64,000 bases of DNA from an uncultured virus (IMG/VR IMGVR_UViG_3300028581_001913) (Duplodnaviria > Heunggongvirae > Uroviricota > Caudoviricetes): the IMG/VR virus record IMGVR_UViG_3300028581_001913. One strand, written 5' to 3'. Position 1 is the first letter of the stretch, and each line of letters opens with the position of its first letter. The position numbers and the translations under genes are program-made. The notes below the pieces were generated by a model, which saw only the letters and a program-made list of their open reading frames with translations, did not search any database and was not told the DNA's origin. This document shows, piece by piece, positions 28,715 to 39,328 of this stretch.

Positions 28715-30466
28715 GTGGCAATTTTACAAATATCCAGAATCACAGCCCGCAAAGGACTGGTAGAAGACCTTCCGCAGCCTCTAGCCGGAGCTGAACTGGG
28801 CTGGGCAACTGACGAACGCAGATTGTTCATAGGCAACGGTCCCTTGGAAGACGGTGCTCCTGTGGTGGGCAACACAGAAATTCTCACTGAGTTCTCAGAC
28901 ATCTTGAGTTTTGCTAGACAGTACACTTACAAAGGCCAAGCAGCTGGATACACTGCGCAGACCGGCATCACATCCGGCGGTCCTGTATCTCAGAGCATTC
29001 AAAGTCGCCTGGACAGCTATGCAGTGGTCACAGATTTTGGAGCTGTTGGAGACGGAGTCACAGATGACACAGCAGCCATCAATCGTGCGCTGTTTCAACT
29101 GTATTGTGTGCAGGCCAACACAGCCATTCGCCGCAGTTTGTTCTTTCCAGCAGGCAATTACATTGTGTCAGACAGTGTGCTTATCCCCCCGTTTGCTCGC
29201 TTGTATGGCGAAGGCAGCAACAGTTCCATTTTGGACTTTCAAGTGCAAAACTGGACAGCCAACACTGCTTTTGCACAAGGTGTGCTGGTTTATTATGTGC
29301 CTGGCAGTGCTTACTATCGCAGTGTGGTGTCAGTTCCGGCCACGGGTATCCCAATTGGCAATCCCACATACTGGGCAGTTGAAGCCTTGCCTGGCTATGT
29401 GGTACAGACTGCTGACAGCCTACAACAGACTGGAGTCAACATTGCCACCAATGGCGCCATTGCTCCCACCAATATTGAAATCACTGGCATGGGCATAAGA
29501 ACCAATCAACTGAACGATGCCATGCTGATTGACAAAGCCCAACAGTGCAGTTTTTCTCACATGACCATCACCGGTCCATTGCTTGCCGGGGATTTGACCA
29601 CCAGTGTGGATAACACTCGAGCCGTGGACTGGCTCAGCACTCCAAGCCTGCCATGTACCCAGATCAATTTTGACAACTGTGTGTTCACAGGTTTTACCTA
29701 TGGCATCAACACTGATCAACAAATTCTTGGGGCCACTGTGAGCAACGGTGCGTTTGACACGTTGTATCAGGGTGCTGTGCTGGGCGGAGCCAGCCCCAGC
29801 AACGGCGGCGCTACTGGGGTAAAATTTATTGGCAACAGTTTTGACAATATCTATGAACAGGGTTTGATATTCAACAATGTCAGCCTTAACTCGTCGGGCT
29901 ACAACATATTTTATGATGTGGGCAATCACTTCAACGGAACTGCACTGCCGTCCACAGCAGTGATCACAATAGATGCCATCAACAATGTCAGTGTGGGTGA
30001 CATGTTTCAACGCACCACTGCGTTCAGTGGTACATTTCCCAGAATTCAACTGTACAACAGTGTGACTCAAACAGTGCCAGCCAGCATTGGAGTCGACAGT
30101 GCTGCGCAGATTCAAATGGGCAGTTTTGTGCGGGAAACTGGCATCCAGGCTACACTTAGTGCCGGTGCTGTGTCGACCACATTGTTCACAGTGAGTTCAG
30201 TGCAGATCAAAGCATTCAAGATGGATTACACCATCACACGAGAAACATCAGCACGTACAGGTACCATCACAGTGGTCAATGATGCTGATGATTCAGCCGG
30301 CGACGGCTTGAGCTTTACCGATGACTATGTGGAAAACTCAGATACCGATGTCACATTATCTGTGACAGATGTGGCAGGTACAATGACAGTGCTGTATTCT
30401 TCCAGTGCTGTGAGAGCTGCTGGTACAATTTATTACAGTTTAACACACTTGGGTCGCAGTTATTAA
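28715..30466 (+). CDS. Tail fibre/spike with pectate-lyase-like beta-helix
   Basis: N-terminal ELGWATDERRLFIG, DFGAVGDGVTDDTAAI and FFPAGNY. Confidence 0.75.
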   Translation: MAILQISRITARKGLVEDLPQPLAGAELGWATDERRLFIGNGPLEDGAPVVGNTEILTEFSDILSFARQYTYKGQAAGYTAQTGITSGGPVSQSIQSRLDSYAVVTDFGAVGDGVTDDTAAINRALFQLYCVQANTAIRRSLFFPAGNYIVSDSVLIPPFARLYGEGSNSSILDFQVQNWTANTAFAQGVLVYYVPGSAYYRSVVSVPATGIPIGNPTYWAVEALPGYVVQTADSLQQTGVNIATNGAIAPTNIEITGMGIRTNQLNDAMLIDKAQQCSFSHMTITGPLLAGDLTTSVDNTRAVDWLSTPSLPCTQINFDNCVFTGFTYGINTDQQILGATVSNGAFDTLYQGAVLGGASPSNGGATGVKFIGNSFDNIYEQGLIFNNVSLNSSGYNIFYDVGNHFNGTALPSTAVITIDAINNVSVGDMFQRTTAFSGTFPRIQLYNSVTQTVPASIGVDSAAQIQMGSFVRETGIQATLSAGAVSTTLFTVSSVQIKAFKMDYTITRETSARTGTITVVNDADDSAGDGLSFTDDYVENSDTDVTLSVTDVAGTMTVLYSSSAVRAAGTIYYSLTHLGRSY

Positions 30467-30471
30467 ACACC

Positions 30472-30897
30472 ATGTGGCCTAGAGACTTCAGTGAGCGGCT
30501 GGAGAGTTGGGCACAGTTGAGACAGCAATGCTGTCAACTGGACTCAGAGCCTGCTTTGATCAAAATCAATCAATGGTGGTTCCGCACTCCTTGGACTGCT
30601 TATCACTTGCACTGGGACGACCAATCAGATTGGCCGGATCCTTGGCAGTTGTTGAGCGACAACCAGTATTGTCCGGTTGCAAGAGGCCTGGGAATCATGT
30701 ATACTATTGCTATGTTAGACCGTAAAGACATGCAAGATTCCTATATGATTGAGTATCAAAGCGACAATTTAGTCCTGGTTGCTCAAGAGAAATATATACT
30801 GAATTGGGATCCTAATCAAGTCGTAAATATCAGTCTGGGAAAGTCAAAACCCCGGCGGCAAGTCAGTCAAGAACAAATAAAACAAAAAATTCGTTAG
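30472..30897 (+). CDS. Phage hypothetical protein
   Basis: 141-aa ORF with WPDPWQLL..C. Confidence 0.6.
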   Translation: MWPRDFSERLESWAQLRQQCCQLDSEPALIKINQWWFRTPWTAYHLHWDDQSDWPDPWQLLSDNQYCPVARGLGIMYTIAMLDRKDMQDSYMIEYQSDNLVLVAQEKYILNWDPNQVVNISLGKSKPRRQVSQEQIKQKIR

Positions 30898-30903
30898 GAA
30901 GAA

Positions 30904-33225
30904 ATGAAAAGTATTACAGTTGTAAAGCGCAGTGGGCGTAGAGAACCACTTGCCTTGGAAAAATGGCAGACCCAAATTGCCAAAGTATGTGCAGGCATAG
31001 CAGACGTTAGCCAAAGCATGGTAGAGATCAAAGCTCAGTTGCATTTTTATGACGGTATTACCACCAAAGAAATCGACGGTATTACCCTACGTGCCATTGT
31101 GGATCTGATCGACGTGGAATCAAATCCTGATGTGGGGCACACCAACTATCAATACGTGGCAGGCAAACAGCGACTCAGCATGCTACGCAAAGATGTATAC
31201 GGGTCATACGATCCTCCCCACTTGTATGAGATCGTGAAGACCAACGTGGCCACTGGCCTGTACACTCCCGAACTCCTAGAATGGTACTCAGAGGACGATT
31301 GGAACCGTATGCATGACATGATTGATCATGCCAAGGATGAATCCTACAGTTATGCCGCAGTAGAGCAGTTGATTGAAAAATACTTAGTAAAGAATCGTAG
31401 CACAGGACAAACATATGAAACTCCGCAAGTTAGATACATGGTGGCTGCTGCCACTGTATTCCATCGAGAAGAACCTAACACAGCTAGGATGCGTTATATC
31501 AAAGAATATTACACCGCAGCCAGTGACGGACTCTTCACTCTGGCCACACCTGTGTTGGCTGGCCTTGGTACTCCTACTAAGCAGTTTAGCAGTTGTGTTC
31601 TTATTAGATCAGACGATGATCTCGATAGCATATTTGCCAGCGGTGAGATGATGGCCAAGTATGCCAGCAAACGTGCTGGCATTGGCCTGGAAATTGGACG
31701 ACTACGTCCGTTGGGCAGTCCAATTCGCGGTGGCGAAATCATGCACACTGGCATGATTCCGTTCTTGAAGAAATGGTTTGGCGACCTACGTAGTTGTAGT
31801 CAAGGTGGTATTCGTAATGCGTCGGCCACTGTGTTCTATCCAATATGGCACTTGCAGTTTGATGATCTCATTGTGCTGAAAAACAACCAAGGCACAGAAG
31901 AAACCAGAGTCAGACACATGGACTACGGAGTTGTACTATCTGCTTTCTTTTGGCGCCGATTCAAGAACAAAGAGAACATCACATTCTTCGATCCCAATCA
32001 AGTGCCTGACTTGTACGAAGCCTTTTATTCAAATACAGAACTGTTCGAGGAACTGTATGGCAAGTATGAAAAAGATTCCAGTCTGCGTACAAAAACAATG
32101 GCTGCAGAAGAAGTGTTCAAGTCAGGCATTTTGAAAGAACGCACTGACACCGGACGCATCTACTTGGTGTTCATTGACAATGTCATGAATCAAGGCCCAT
32201 TCGATCCTGAATATCATACCATTTACCAGAGTAACCTTTGCTGTGAAATACTTCTTCCTACTAAACCCTTTAAACGTCTGGATGACCGTGATGGTCGTAT
32301 CGCTCTTTGCACACTGGGCTCAATCAACTGGGGTGCGTTCCGTAATCCAGAAGACATGCGCCGTGCTTGCCGGATACTTCAGCGTAGCCTGTGTAACATT
32401 CTTGACTATCAAGACTTTCTCTCCATCCAGAGCCAACTCTCCAACAACGAGATCCAGCCCCTGGGTATCGGAGTCACCAACCTTGCCTACTGGCACGCCA
32501 AACGCAGCCTCAAGTACGGAGAACGAGACGCCTTGGCTGAAGTCAAGACGTGGATGGAGCATCAAGCCTACTACTTGACTGAAGCCACTGTGGAACTGGC
32601 CAAGGAACGTGGTCGTTGCCTAGACTCGGACAAAACACGTTATGGACAAGGCATCTTCCCCTGGGAACGCAGAGCCAAAGGAGTGAACGAACTCACAGAC
32701 TTCACACCAGATCCTGCCTTGGATTGGAATACCTTGCGTGGCAACATGCGAGCATATGGTGTGCGCAATGCTACCTTGATGGCAGTGGCGCCTGTGGAGA
32801 GTAGTTCAGTTGTGATCAACTCAACCAACGGCATTGAAATGCCCATGAGCCTGATCTCAGTTAAAGAATCTAAAGCAGGTAGTTTAACACAAGTTGTACC
32901 TGAATATCACAGACTCAAAAACAAATATCAATTGATGTGGGCGCAAAAGGACTGTGCGGGCTATTTGAAAACAGCCGCTGTGTTAGCAGCATACATTGAT
33001 CAATCAATTTCTACAAACACATTTTACAATCCTGCACACTGGCCAGATCGCAAAGTACCTACTACCTTGATTGCCAAAAATCTAATGCAAGCACATCACT
33101 GGGGTATCAAAACATTCTACTACAGTCTAATCAACAAACAAGGTTCCCGGGCAGACAAAGAAACAGCACCCTTGGAAGTGATTGATTTTGATGATGCGGA
33201 AGACTGCGAAAGTTGCAAACTATAA
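30904..33225 (+). CDS. nrdA: Ribonucleotide reductase class Ia alpha subunit
   Basis: ATP cone (VVKRSG), FSSC, SNLCCEI, KTFYY and C-terminal CESC. Confidence 0.95.
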   Translation: MKSITVVKRSGRREPLALEKWQTQIAKVCAGIADVSQSMVEIKAQLHFYDGITTKEIDGITLRAIVDLIDVESNPDVGHTNYQYVAGKQRLSMLRKDVYGSYDPPHLYEIVKTNVATGLYTPELLEWYSEDDWNRMHDMIDHAKDESYSYAAVEQLIEKYLVKNRSTGQTYETPQVRYMVAAATVFHREEPNTARMRYIKEYYTAASDGLFTLATPVLAGLGTPTKQFSSCVLIRSDDDLDSIFASGEMMAKYASKRAGIGLEIGRLRPLGSPIRGGEIMHTGMIPFLKKWFGDLRSCSQGGIRNASATVFYPIWHLQFDDLIVLKNNQGTEETRVRHMDYGVVLSAFFWRRFKNKENITFFDPNQVPDLYEAFYSNTELFEELYGKYEKDSSLRTKTMAAEEVFKSGILKERTDTGRIYLVFIDNVMNQGPFDPEYHTIYQSNLCCEILLPTKPFKRLDDRDGRIALCTLGSINWGAFRNPEDMRRACRILQRSLCNILDYQDFLSIQSQLSNNEIQPLGIGVTNLAYWHAKRSLKYGERDALAEVKTWMEHQAYYLTEATVELAKERGRCLDSDKTRYGQGIFPWERRAKGVNELTDFTPDPALDWNTLRGNMRAYGVRNATLMAVAPVESSSVVINSTNGIEMPMSLISVKESKAGSLTQVVPEYHRLKNKYQLMWAQKDCAGYLKTAAVLAAYIDQSISTNTFYNPAHWPDRKVPTTLIAKNLMQAHHWGIKTFYYSLINKQGSRADKETAPLEVIDFDDAEDCESCKL

Positions 33226-33227
33226 TT

Positions 33228-34142
33228 ATGAATTGGTTAAAAAATATTGATTTTGAAAATCACAACGGTGTATATCTGCCAATGATAAATGATATTGGTA
33301 GAAATCAATTTTATGATAAAATATTAACTGAAGTTTGTGACCAACACTGTGTGGAAATTGGATTTGGTACAGGATTCTTGAGCATGTTGGCCCTTAAACA
33401 TGGTGCTCACAGCATTGTGGCCTATGAGTTGGATTCTGATCGTTATCACCTGGGTTGCGAAGTAATTAAGATACTAAAACTGCAAGATTGTATCACATTG
33501 ATCAATCAACGTTATGATCATACCTGTAACCACTCTGCCAGTGTAATTTTTACAGAAACGGTAGATAACAACATTTGGGGCGAAGGTTTGTTTAATAGTA
33601 TTCCCAGACAACCAGGCAAGAGATTTTTACCTAGCCAGTATTTTTTAGAAATATATGCCATACCAATATCCGTAGATATTGCCCACAGTTTGATTCTGGC
33701 AAATGACAAAAATCAGTTTGCGCCAGGAGTAGACATTGATCCTCGTTTTGTGTCGTACATCAACTTGTTGCTGTCAAAAAAATACAATAAGTCTATCAAA
33801 GCAAAAACAAGCCTGCCCTTGGGTGTAACTGAATTAACGCCACTATCAACCTATGTAGACTGGGCTGCCAACAACACCTATGTTGATCGATATGTGTTTG
33901 ATGCCAACGCATCTTTTGTGGACCAACCTATTTGTCAACTGCAAGTTGACACAGGCAATCAGCCAGTGTTGATTGTGCCCAGAGCAGGCATGCAACACGG
34001 TGGTGATTGTCTTTACTTGGACACCGGGCATTGGAAACGCACTGCCAATCCTGCGGTGATCAATGCACTCAACAGCCGAGTAACTGTGGAACATGATCTC
34101 CGCACTGGAAAAATAACATATAAAATAGAGGAACTAAAATGA
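33228..34142 (+). CDS. PRMT-like SAM-dependent methyltransferase
   Basis: MINDIGRN, EIGFGTGFLS and ETVDNNIWGEG (double-E-loop-like). Confidence 0.6.
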   Translation: MNWLKNIDFENHNGVYLPMINDIGRNQFYDKILTEVCDQHCVEIGFGTGFLSMLALKHGAHSIVAYELDSDRYHLGCEVIKILKLQDCITLINQRYDHTCNHSASVIFTETVDNNIWGEGLFNSIPRQPGKRFLPSQYFLEIYAIPISVDIAHSLILANDKNQFAPGVDIDPRFVSYINLLLSKKYNKSIKAKTSLPLGVTELTPLSTYVDWAANNTYVDRYVFDANASFVDQPICQLQVDTGNQPVLIVPRAGMQHGGDCLYLDTGHWKRTANPAVINALNSRVTVEHDLRTGKITYKIEELK

Positions 34143-35242
34143 GCCAAGCACAATACAACCTAGCAACCAAAACTGATTATTTACATCGCAAGATGTTTCT
34201 AGATCCAGCCGGGCCTGTGACCATCCAACGCTTTGAAGAAGTCAAGTACAACAAACTTGTCAAGTTCGAACAAGAAGCACGTGGTTTCTTTTGGATTCCC
34301 GAAGAAGTGTCCTTGACCAAAGATGCCAATGACTTCAAAGAAGCCAGCGACACTGTGAAGCATATCTTTACATCAAACCTGTTGCGTCAAACAGCACTGG
34401 ATAGTTTGCAAGGCCGTGGACCAGCACAAGTTTTTACTCCTGTGGTGGGCATACCTGAACTAGAAGCACTAATGTACAACTGGAGTTTCTTTGAAACCAA
34501 CATTCACAGTAGAAGTTACAGCCACATCATTCGCAATATCTATAACGTGCCCAAGGATGTGTTCAACACCATTCATGACACACAAGAGATTGTGGATATG
34601 TCGTCAAGTGTGGGCAAATACTACGATGACTTACATAAAATGAATTGCAAGAAAGAACTAGGATTTGAATTAGTGTCTGACGATGCTCATATCAAATCAA
34701 TCTGGTTGGCACTGAATGCGTCATATGCACTAGAAGCATTCCGCTTTATGGTGAGCTTTGCCACGTCATTGGCCATGGTAGAGAACCGTATCTTTATCGG
34801 CAACGGCAACATCATTAGCCTGATCCTGCAAGATGAAATCCTACACCGAGACTGGACTGCTTGGATCATCAATCAAGTGGTCAAAGAAGATCCGCGCTTT
34901 GCTGCTGCCAAGGCCGAATGCGAAGCCGAAGTGTACCAAATGTACCTGGATGTGATCCGTGAAGAAAAAGCCTGGGCCGATTACTTGTTCCAGAAAGGTC
35001 CTGTGATCGGACTCAATGCACAGATTTTGAAAGACTTTGTAGACTACACAGCAGTGGGCGCACTCAAAGAGATTGGCATCAAGTACCTGGAACCTGCACC
35101 ACGCAGCACACCAATCCCTTGGTTCATGAAGCACGTGGACACATCCAAGAAACAAACTGCACTGCAAGAGAACGAATCAACTAACTATGTTATCGGCGTC
35201 ATGAGTGATCAACTGGACTACGACGAATTACCCGATTTATAA
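34139..35242 (+). CDS. nrdB: Ribonucleotide reductase beta subunit
   Basis: FFWIPEEV, ETNIHSRSY, EAFRF and DEILH. Confidence 0.95.
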   Translation: MSQAQYNLATKTDYLHRKMFLDPAGPVTIQRFEEVKYNKLVKFEQEARGFFWIPEEVSLTKDANDFKEASDTVKHIFTSNLLRQTALDSLQGRGPAQVFTPVVGIPELEALMYNWSFFETNIHSRSYSHIIRNIYNVPKDVFNTIHDTQEIVDMSSSVGKYYDDLHKMNCKKELGFELVSDDAHIKSIWLALNASYALEAFRFMVSFATSLAMVENRIFIGNGNIISLILQDEILHRDWTAWIINQVVKEDPRFAAAKAECEAEVYQMYLDVIREEKAWADYLFQKGPVIGLNAQILKDFVDYTAVGALKEIGIKYLEPAPRSTPIPWFMKHVDTSKKQTALQENESTNYVIGVMSDQLDYDELPDL

Positions 35243-35252
35243 AAGGAAAAAT

Positions 35253-35480
35253 ATGTATAAACCCAATCCTGCAATAAGAGATTCTGAAGACTTCCAGAAT
35301 ATTCGCAACGTGATGAGCAAGTTTGAAAAGATTCAAGAAAAGAATCGCTGCCTAAGAGTGCAATTTTTAGACTGGTTGTCAGTGAAAATGCATGCCTGGG
35401 CAGATGGTGTCAAAGCCATGTCAGATCGCATTGATTCACCATGCATTATTAAAGTAGACCCCAAAAGGAAAACAACATGA
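35253..35480 (+). CDS. Hypothetical protein
   Basis: AAGGA SD. Fills the operon gap. Confidence 0.55.
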   Translation: MYKPNPAIRDSEDFQNIRNVMSKFEKIQEKNRCLRVQFLDWLSVKMHAWADGVKAMSDRIDSPCIIKVDPKRKTT

Positions 35481-35698
35481 AAGCCATAGTATGGTCCAAA
35501 GACCAATGCGCCTTTTGCGAACAAGCCAAGGGCCTGTTAGAAATGAAAGGCATTGAATATGAAGTACGCAACATCAGTCAAGACTGGACACGTGAGCAAT
35601 TGTTAGAAGCAGTGCCCACTGCCAGATCAGTGCCACAGATCTTTTTAGATGATGAGTATGTGGGCGGATTTCAGGAACTGCGCCAAAGGTTGATGTAA
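35477..35698 (+). CDS. Dithiol glutaredoxin
   Basis: CAFC, SVPQIF and YVGGF. Confidence 0.9.
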   Translation: MKAIVWSKDQCAFCEQAKGLLEMKGIEYEVRNISQDWTREQLLEAVPTARSVPQIFLDDEYVGGFQELRQRLM

Positions 35699-36309
35699 TG
35701 CCACAATTCTCATCAGATTGGTTTACCAATGCCCTGGTCAACTTTGATTATATCAAAACTTACTTGATAAAAGAAGAAAAGGTTATCAACAATATTCTTG
35801 AAATTGGCAGCCACGAAGGACGCAGTAGTTGTTGGATGTTGGAAAACATGTTGACCGACACAGGTACTATGACTTGCATTGATCCATTTGCGGATCGTCC
35901 TGTCACAGCATTCAGTTATGATAGCATACCCGAAGATCGCAGTATTGAACAACTGTTCCGTGCCAACACTGCTGAAGTCAAAAAGCCCGGTCAAACATTA
36001 GAAGTCATGGCCAACATGAGTTTTCCATCACTGGCACAACTCATTGTTGACAAACGACAATATGACTTCATCTATGTAGATGGCAGTCACAATGCAGACG
36101 ATGCATTGGCAGATGCTGTGATGTGTTTTGGATTGTTGCGTCCCGGTGGTGTCATGCTGTTTGATGACTACTTGTGGGAAGATGGTGTGTCGGCCTATTT
36201 GGGCCGTCCCAAACAAAGTATTGATGCCTTTGTGAACATGTTTTATCACAGGCTCAAGTTGGGCTTGGTAAATTATCAGTTGGCAATAGTTAAAAAGGAA
36301 CTAGAATGA
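35698..36309 (+). CDS. Class I SAM methyltransferase (Methyltransf_24-like)
   Basis: LEIGSHEGRS, IYVDGSH and GGVMLFDDY. Confidence 0.85.
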   Translation: MPQFSSDWFTNALVNFDYIKTYLIKEEKVINNILEIGSHEGRSSCWMLENMLTDTGTMTCIDPFADRPVTAFSYDSIPEDRSIEQLFRANTAEVKKPGQTLEVMANMSFPSLAQLIVDKRQYDFIYVDGSHNADDALADAVMCFGLLRPGGVMLFDDYLWEDGVSAYLGRPKQSIDAFVNMFYHRLKLGLVNYQLAIVKKELE

Positions 36310-36602
36310 TTGAAGTAGGAAAAACATACACCATGCGCATGGGCTATGGTGAAGAGATTGTGGCAAAAATCACAGCATTAGACAGCGCCACTTACACCCT
36401 GAGCAAGCCTGTAGCAGTGGTGCCCGGACAGCAAGGCATACAGTTGATGAATTCATTGTTCACTGCAGACCCTGAGGCAGAAGTCACGGTAAATATATCT
36501 AGCGTGGCCATGATTGCCCCTGTGCGTGAAGACGTTGGGGACAGTTACTTGGAAGCCACAACAGGTATCAAACCTGTGCGCAGTAAAATCTTAATGGGAT
36601 AA
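36306..36602 (+). CDS. Small beta-rich hypothetical protein
   Basis: GEEIVAK and YLEATTGI. Confidence 0.6.
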   Translation: MIEVGKTYTMRMGYGEEIVAKITALDSATYTLSKPVAVVPGQQGIQLMNSLFTADPEAEVTVNISSVAMIAPVREDVGDSYLEATTGIKPVRSKILMG

Positions 36603-36603
36603 T

Positions 36604-36888
36604 ATGCCAGCAGTACAACGACAAGGCGATCCAAACTCATCAGGTGGAGTCAACACTTCGGGTGTGGCTTCTGTGCGAGTAAATGGTCGTCCCATTGTTG
36701 TACCTGGCATTTCAGTCTCACCGCACCCCTGCTGTGGACAACCCGGTTGTGGCATTCATTGTTCGGCAGTGACATCGGGTGGTTCAGGCACAGTAAGAGC
36801 AGGCAATAAACCTGTGATACGCGACGGCGATGCAGACACTTGTGGACATCCTAGAGTGGCAGGATCTAGCACAGTGAGAGCAGCATAA
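36604..36888 (+). CDS. PAAR-like spike tip protein
   Basis: MPAVQRQGD, VNGRP, HPCC..HC and RDGD..TCGH. Confidence 0.8.
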   Translation: MPAVQRQGDPNSSGGVNTSGVASVRVNGRPIVVPGISVSPHPCCGQPGCGIHCSAVTSGGSGTVRAGNKPVIRDGDADTCGHPRVAGSSTVRAA

Positions 36889-38042
36889 TGGCACAGTCAA
36901 CAGCAACACCACTGCAACTCACAGCAGGTGTAGGGTTTTATTCGGGTAATGCAATAACTGCCAATACTCAATTGGCCAACAACATTGCCAGCTACAACTC
37001 TCTTGCACCCATTGCTAACTTGTTGTTTACTATTTCTGAAGCGGCCAGCAATGTGTCATTGAGTATTGGTGCAGGCACCTTGGCCAACTTGAAAACATTG
37101 GGAGCCAATGTGTCAGGTAACTATTGTCCTGCCTTGGGCGATTCAGTGCCCAGCAACGTGTCCTGGACTGTGGGCAACTCAGGTTATGCCACAAGTATAA
37201 CCACGGCAGCCAGTACCTATCTAGGGTCTGGCGATTTTGGCAAGTTTGCACAGGCATTTGGTGCTGCCCAGGGATACATCAGTCTCACAAATAATATTAT
37301 CAACAGTGCTGTAAATGTCAACAGCACTGACTATTTGGGACCTACATTTTCAAACCAAAACAATCTCATCACTGCAGACATTGCCAAGGTCAACTTGGCT
37401 TTTCCTGCATTTGGCGCTGATTTGGCAGCTACCGGTGATCTCATTGCCTTTGACAATTTGTTGCAGTTTGGTACTCCAGCTGGCCTGTTGCAACAACTGG
37501 CACGGCAAGGCCGCATGCTGAATGGCTCAACGCCGGGCGTGACTGCTGCCTTGCGAGCCCAAGGGTTGACTGATCAAAACATATCAGATCTTGTGAACAA
37601 CAATGTGCAGAGTCTTTTTAATCCTCAAGGACTCACAGCCAATCAATTTGATAGATTGCAAAAAAAAGCCTATCCTGGATTGTGCAATGTGACTGGTGAT
37701 AATCTGCAGGCAGTATTGGACATATTGAATTGCACATTACCAAACATCACACAAATGTGTGAACTGTTGAATCCTGTGAAATTGTTTCCCACCAGCTACA
37801 GCAGTTTGACTTTGCCCACCCCTAGCGGGCCTGTGTTGATATATGACTCCACTGGCGCAGTCAACAGTGTGATCACTCCCATACTGAATTCTGGTGCACT
37901 GACCCCAAAGGGTTGCGATGACCTGGCCAAAATTATTCCTGCTGCCAATGCTGCTGCCAATCGAGCACTGCAAATTGCATTTCAGCAGGTGAAAGGCATT
38001 GCAGGAGTCACTGCGCCTCAACTGGGGGCTATACTACAATGA
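36888..38042 (+). CDS. Probable baseplate/tail structural protein
   Basis: Adjacent to PAAR. Ala/Asn/Gly-rich. Confidence 0.5.
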   Translation: MAQSTATPLQLTAGVGFYSGNAITANTQLANNIASYNSLAPIANLLFTISEAASNVSLSIGAGTLANLKTLGANVSGNYCPALGDSVPSNVSWTVGNSGYATSITTAASTYLGSGDFGKFAQAFGAAQGYISLTNNIINSAVNVNSTDYLGPTFSNQNNLITADIAKVNLAFPAFGADLAATGDLIAFDNLLQFGTPAGLLQQLARQGRMLNGSTPGVTAALRAQGLTDQNISDLVNNNVQSLFNPQGLTANQFDRLQKKAYPGLCNVTGDNLQAVLDILNCTLPNITQMCELLNPVKLFPTSYSSLTLPTPSGPVLIYDSTGAVNSVITPILNSGALTPKGCDDLAKIIPAANAAANRALQIAFQQVKGIAGVTAPQLGAILQ

Positions 38043-38884
38043 CCACAATCGCACAAACAGCAGCCGAAACAGCAGCATTTTCAAGACGATTAGGCACACT
38101 AAAAGGTCTAGACTTGATTGCCAACACCACAACACCTGTATCTGCTGATGTGGTCACATATTATGACACCAACATTGCCTTGGGATCTGGTCCAAATGGT
38201 ACATTTTTGACCACAGACTTTTTTGGCTCGGCAGCTGGTATTCCTTACAACGCTTATTTGACCTCTGTGACTTCAACCATATCAGCACAACTCACAGCAG
38301 GCACACTGACCACGCTAAACACCATATATTCACGTATGGTCAGTGTTGTGACCAGTGCATTTGGCATACCACCCACCATTACCATACCAGCTGGTCCAGC
38401 TGCTGGTGTATATGCCACATATGATCTAGCCTTGGCAGCCTTGATCACCGCGGCCGACACAGCCATTGGAACAGCTATCACTGCCATGGGCACAGCCACC
38501 ACAACATTGAACACTGGCTGGACTGACATGGTTCAACACAGTGCCAACGAAGTGATATTTCAAGCCAAGGCCAGTATTGACTATACCACACTCACAGCTG
38601 GCGCACAATTGCCTATCACTGCTTTTATTCCTGCACTGGCCGGCTACGGGCAAGAAACTCAGACCGGTATGGCAGCTGAATTTTTAGAGGCCATTGCCAA
38701 CACTGCCAACCAATCGGGACAGGCCATGGTAGGTGCGCTACGCGAAGGACGTAACACAGCCGCATTGAATTCTATTAATCTCCGTCCCGACAATGATGTG
38801 CCCCAACTGCCAAATGCTGTGCCACCACAGGCCACGCTGAGCGGCAGTGAATACACCCCCGCAGAAGCACGAGCTCTAGTGTAA
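38039..38884 (+). CDS. Probable structural protein
   Basis: Thr/Ala-rich, with GSGPNGTF and GQAMVGALREGRN. Confidence 0.5.
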   Translation: MTTIAQTAAETAAFSRRLGTLKGLDLIANTTTPVSADVVTYYDTNIALGSGPNGTFLTTDFFGSAAGIPYNAYLTSVTSTISAQLTAGTLTTLNTIYSRMVSVVTSAFGIPPTITIPAGPAAGVYATYDLALAALITAADTAIGTAITAMGTATTTLNTGWTDMVQHSANEVIFQAKASIDYTTLTAGAQLPITAFIPALAGYGQETQTGMAAEFLEAIANTANQSGQAMVGALREGRNTAALNSINLRPDNDVPQLPNAVPPQATLSGSEYTPAEARALV

Positions 38885-38937
38885 TACTCAAGTACTACTT
38901 TTTGTTGGTTGACCAGAAATGCCCGTTTTGCTATAAT
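38881..38937 (+). promoter_or_regulatory. Palindrome plus early promoter
   Basis: GTAATACT-CA-AGTACTAC, then TTGACC(38909)-17-TATAAT(38932). Confidence 0.85.
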
Positions 38938-38967
38938 ATAGGCATAGAGTAACAAAAAGGAGCCAAC

Positions 38968-39243
38968 ATGTACTACATTGTTTCTAGAGGTACTGGACTT
39001 ATTGTAACAGATGGTCCCAACAGAACCCGTGCTTACAAAACTTTTGGTGCGGCCCGTGCAACACGAACTCGCCTGTGTCGCAAAGCAGGCTGGAGTGTGG
39101 ATCAACTCAGCATTGTGGACACCAAGCACTACAAACCCAAAATGGTTGTGCGTACTAATCTCATGACTGGACAAGAGTTTGAAGAAGATGTCAATACCCC
39201 CCGCTTCTGCTCGCCCAGCTCAGAATCATTCTGGAGCATGTAA
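38968..39243 (+). CDS. Small early hypothetical protein
   Basis: AAGGAG SD. C-terminal TPRFCSPSSESFWSM. Confidence 0.75.
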   Translation: MYYIVSRGTGLIVTDGPNRTRAYKTFGAARATRTRLCRKAGWSVDQLSIVDTKHYKPKMVVRTNLMTGQEFEEDVNTPRFCSPSSESFWSM

Positions 39244-39297
39244 TACTTGAGTATTACCGTTTTGGTGGTTGACCAATAATTGCCAAAATGCTATAAT
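39240..39297 (+). promoter_or_regulatory. Perfect palindrome plus early promoter
   Basis: GTAATACT-TG-AGTATTAC, then TTGACC(39269)-17-TATAAT(39292). Confidence 0.85.
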
Positions 39298-39328
39298 ATG
39301 GACATATTGTAACGCAAAGGAGCCTGAG

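Noticed and set aside
29420..30115. 231-aa minus-strand ORF and similar long antisense ORFs
   Set aside because: They lie opposite well-supported genes and show no motifs or RBS.
30904..35242. Intron or intein in nrdA/nrdB
   Set aside because: Both ORFs are contiguous and of normal length, without intein motifs.
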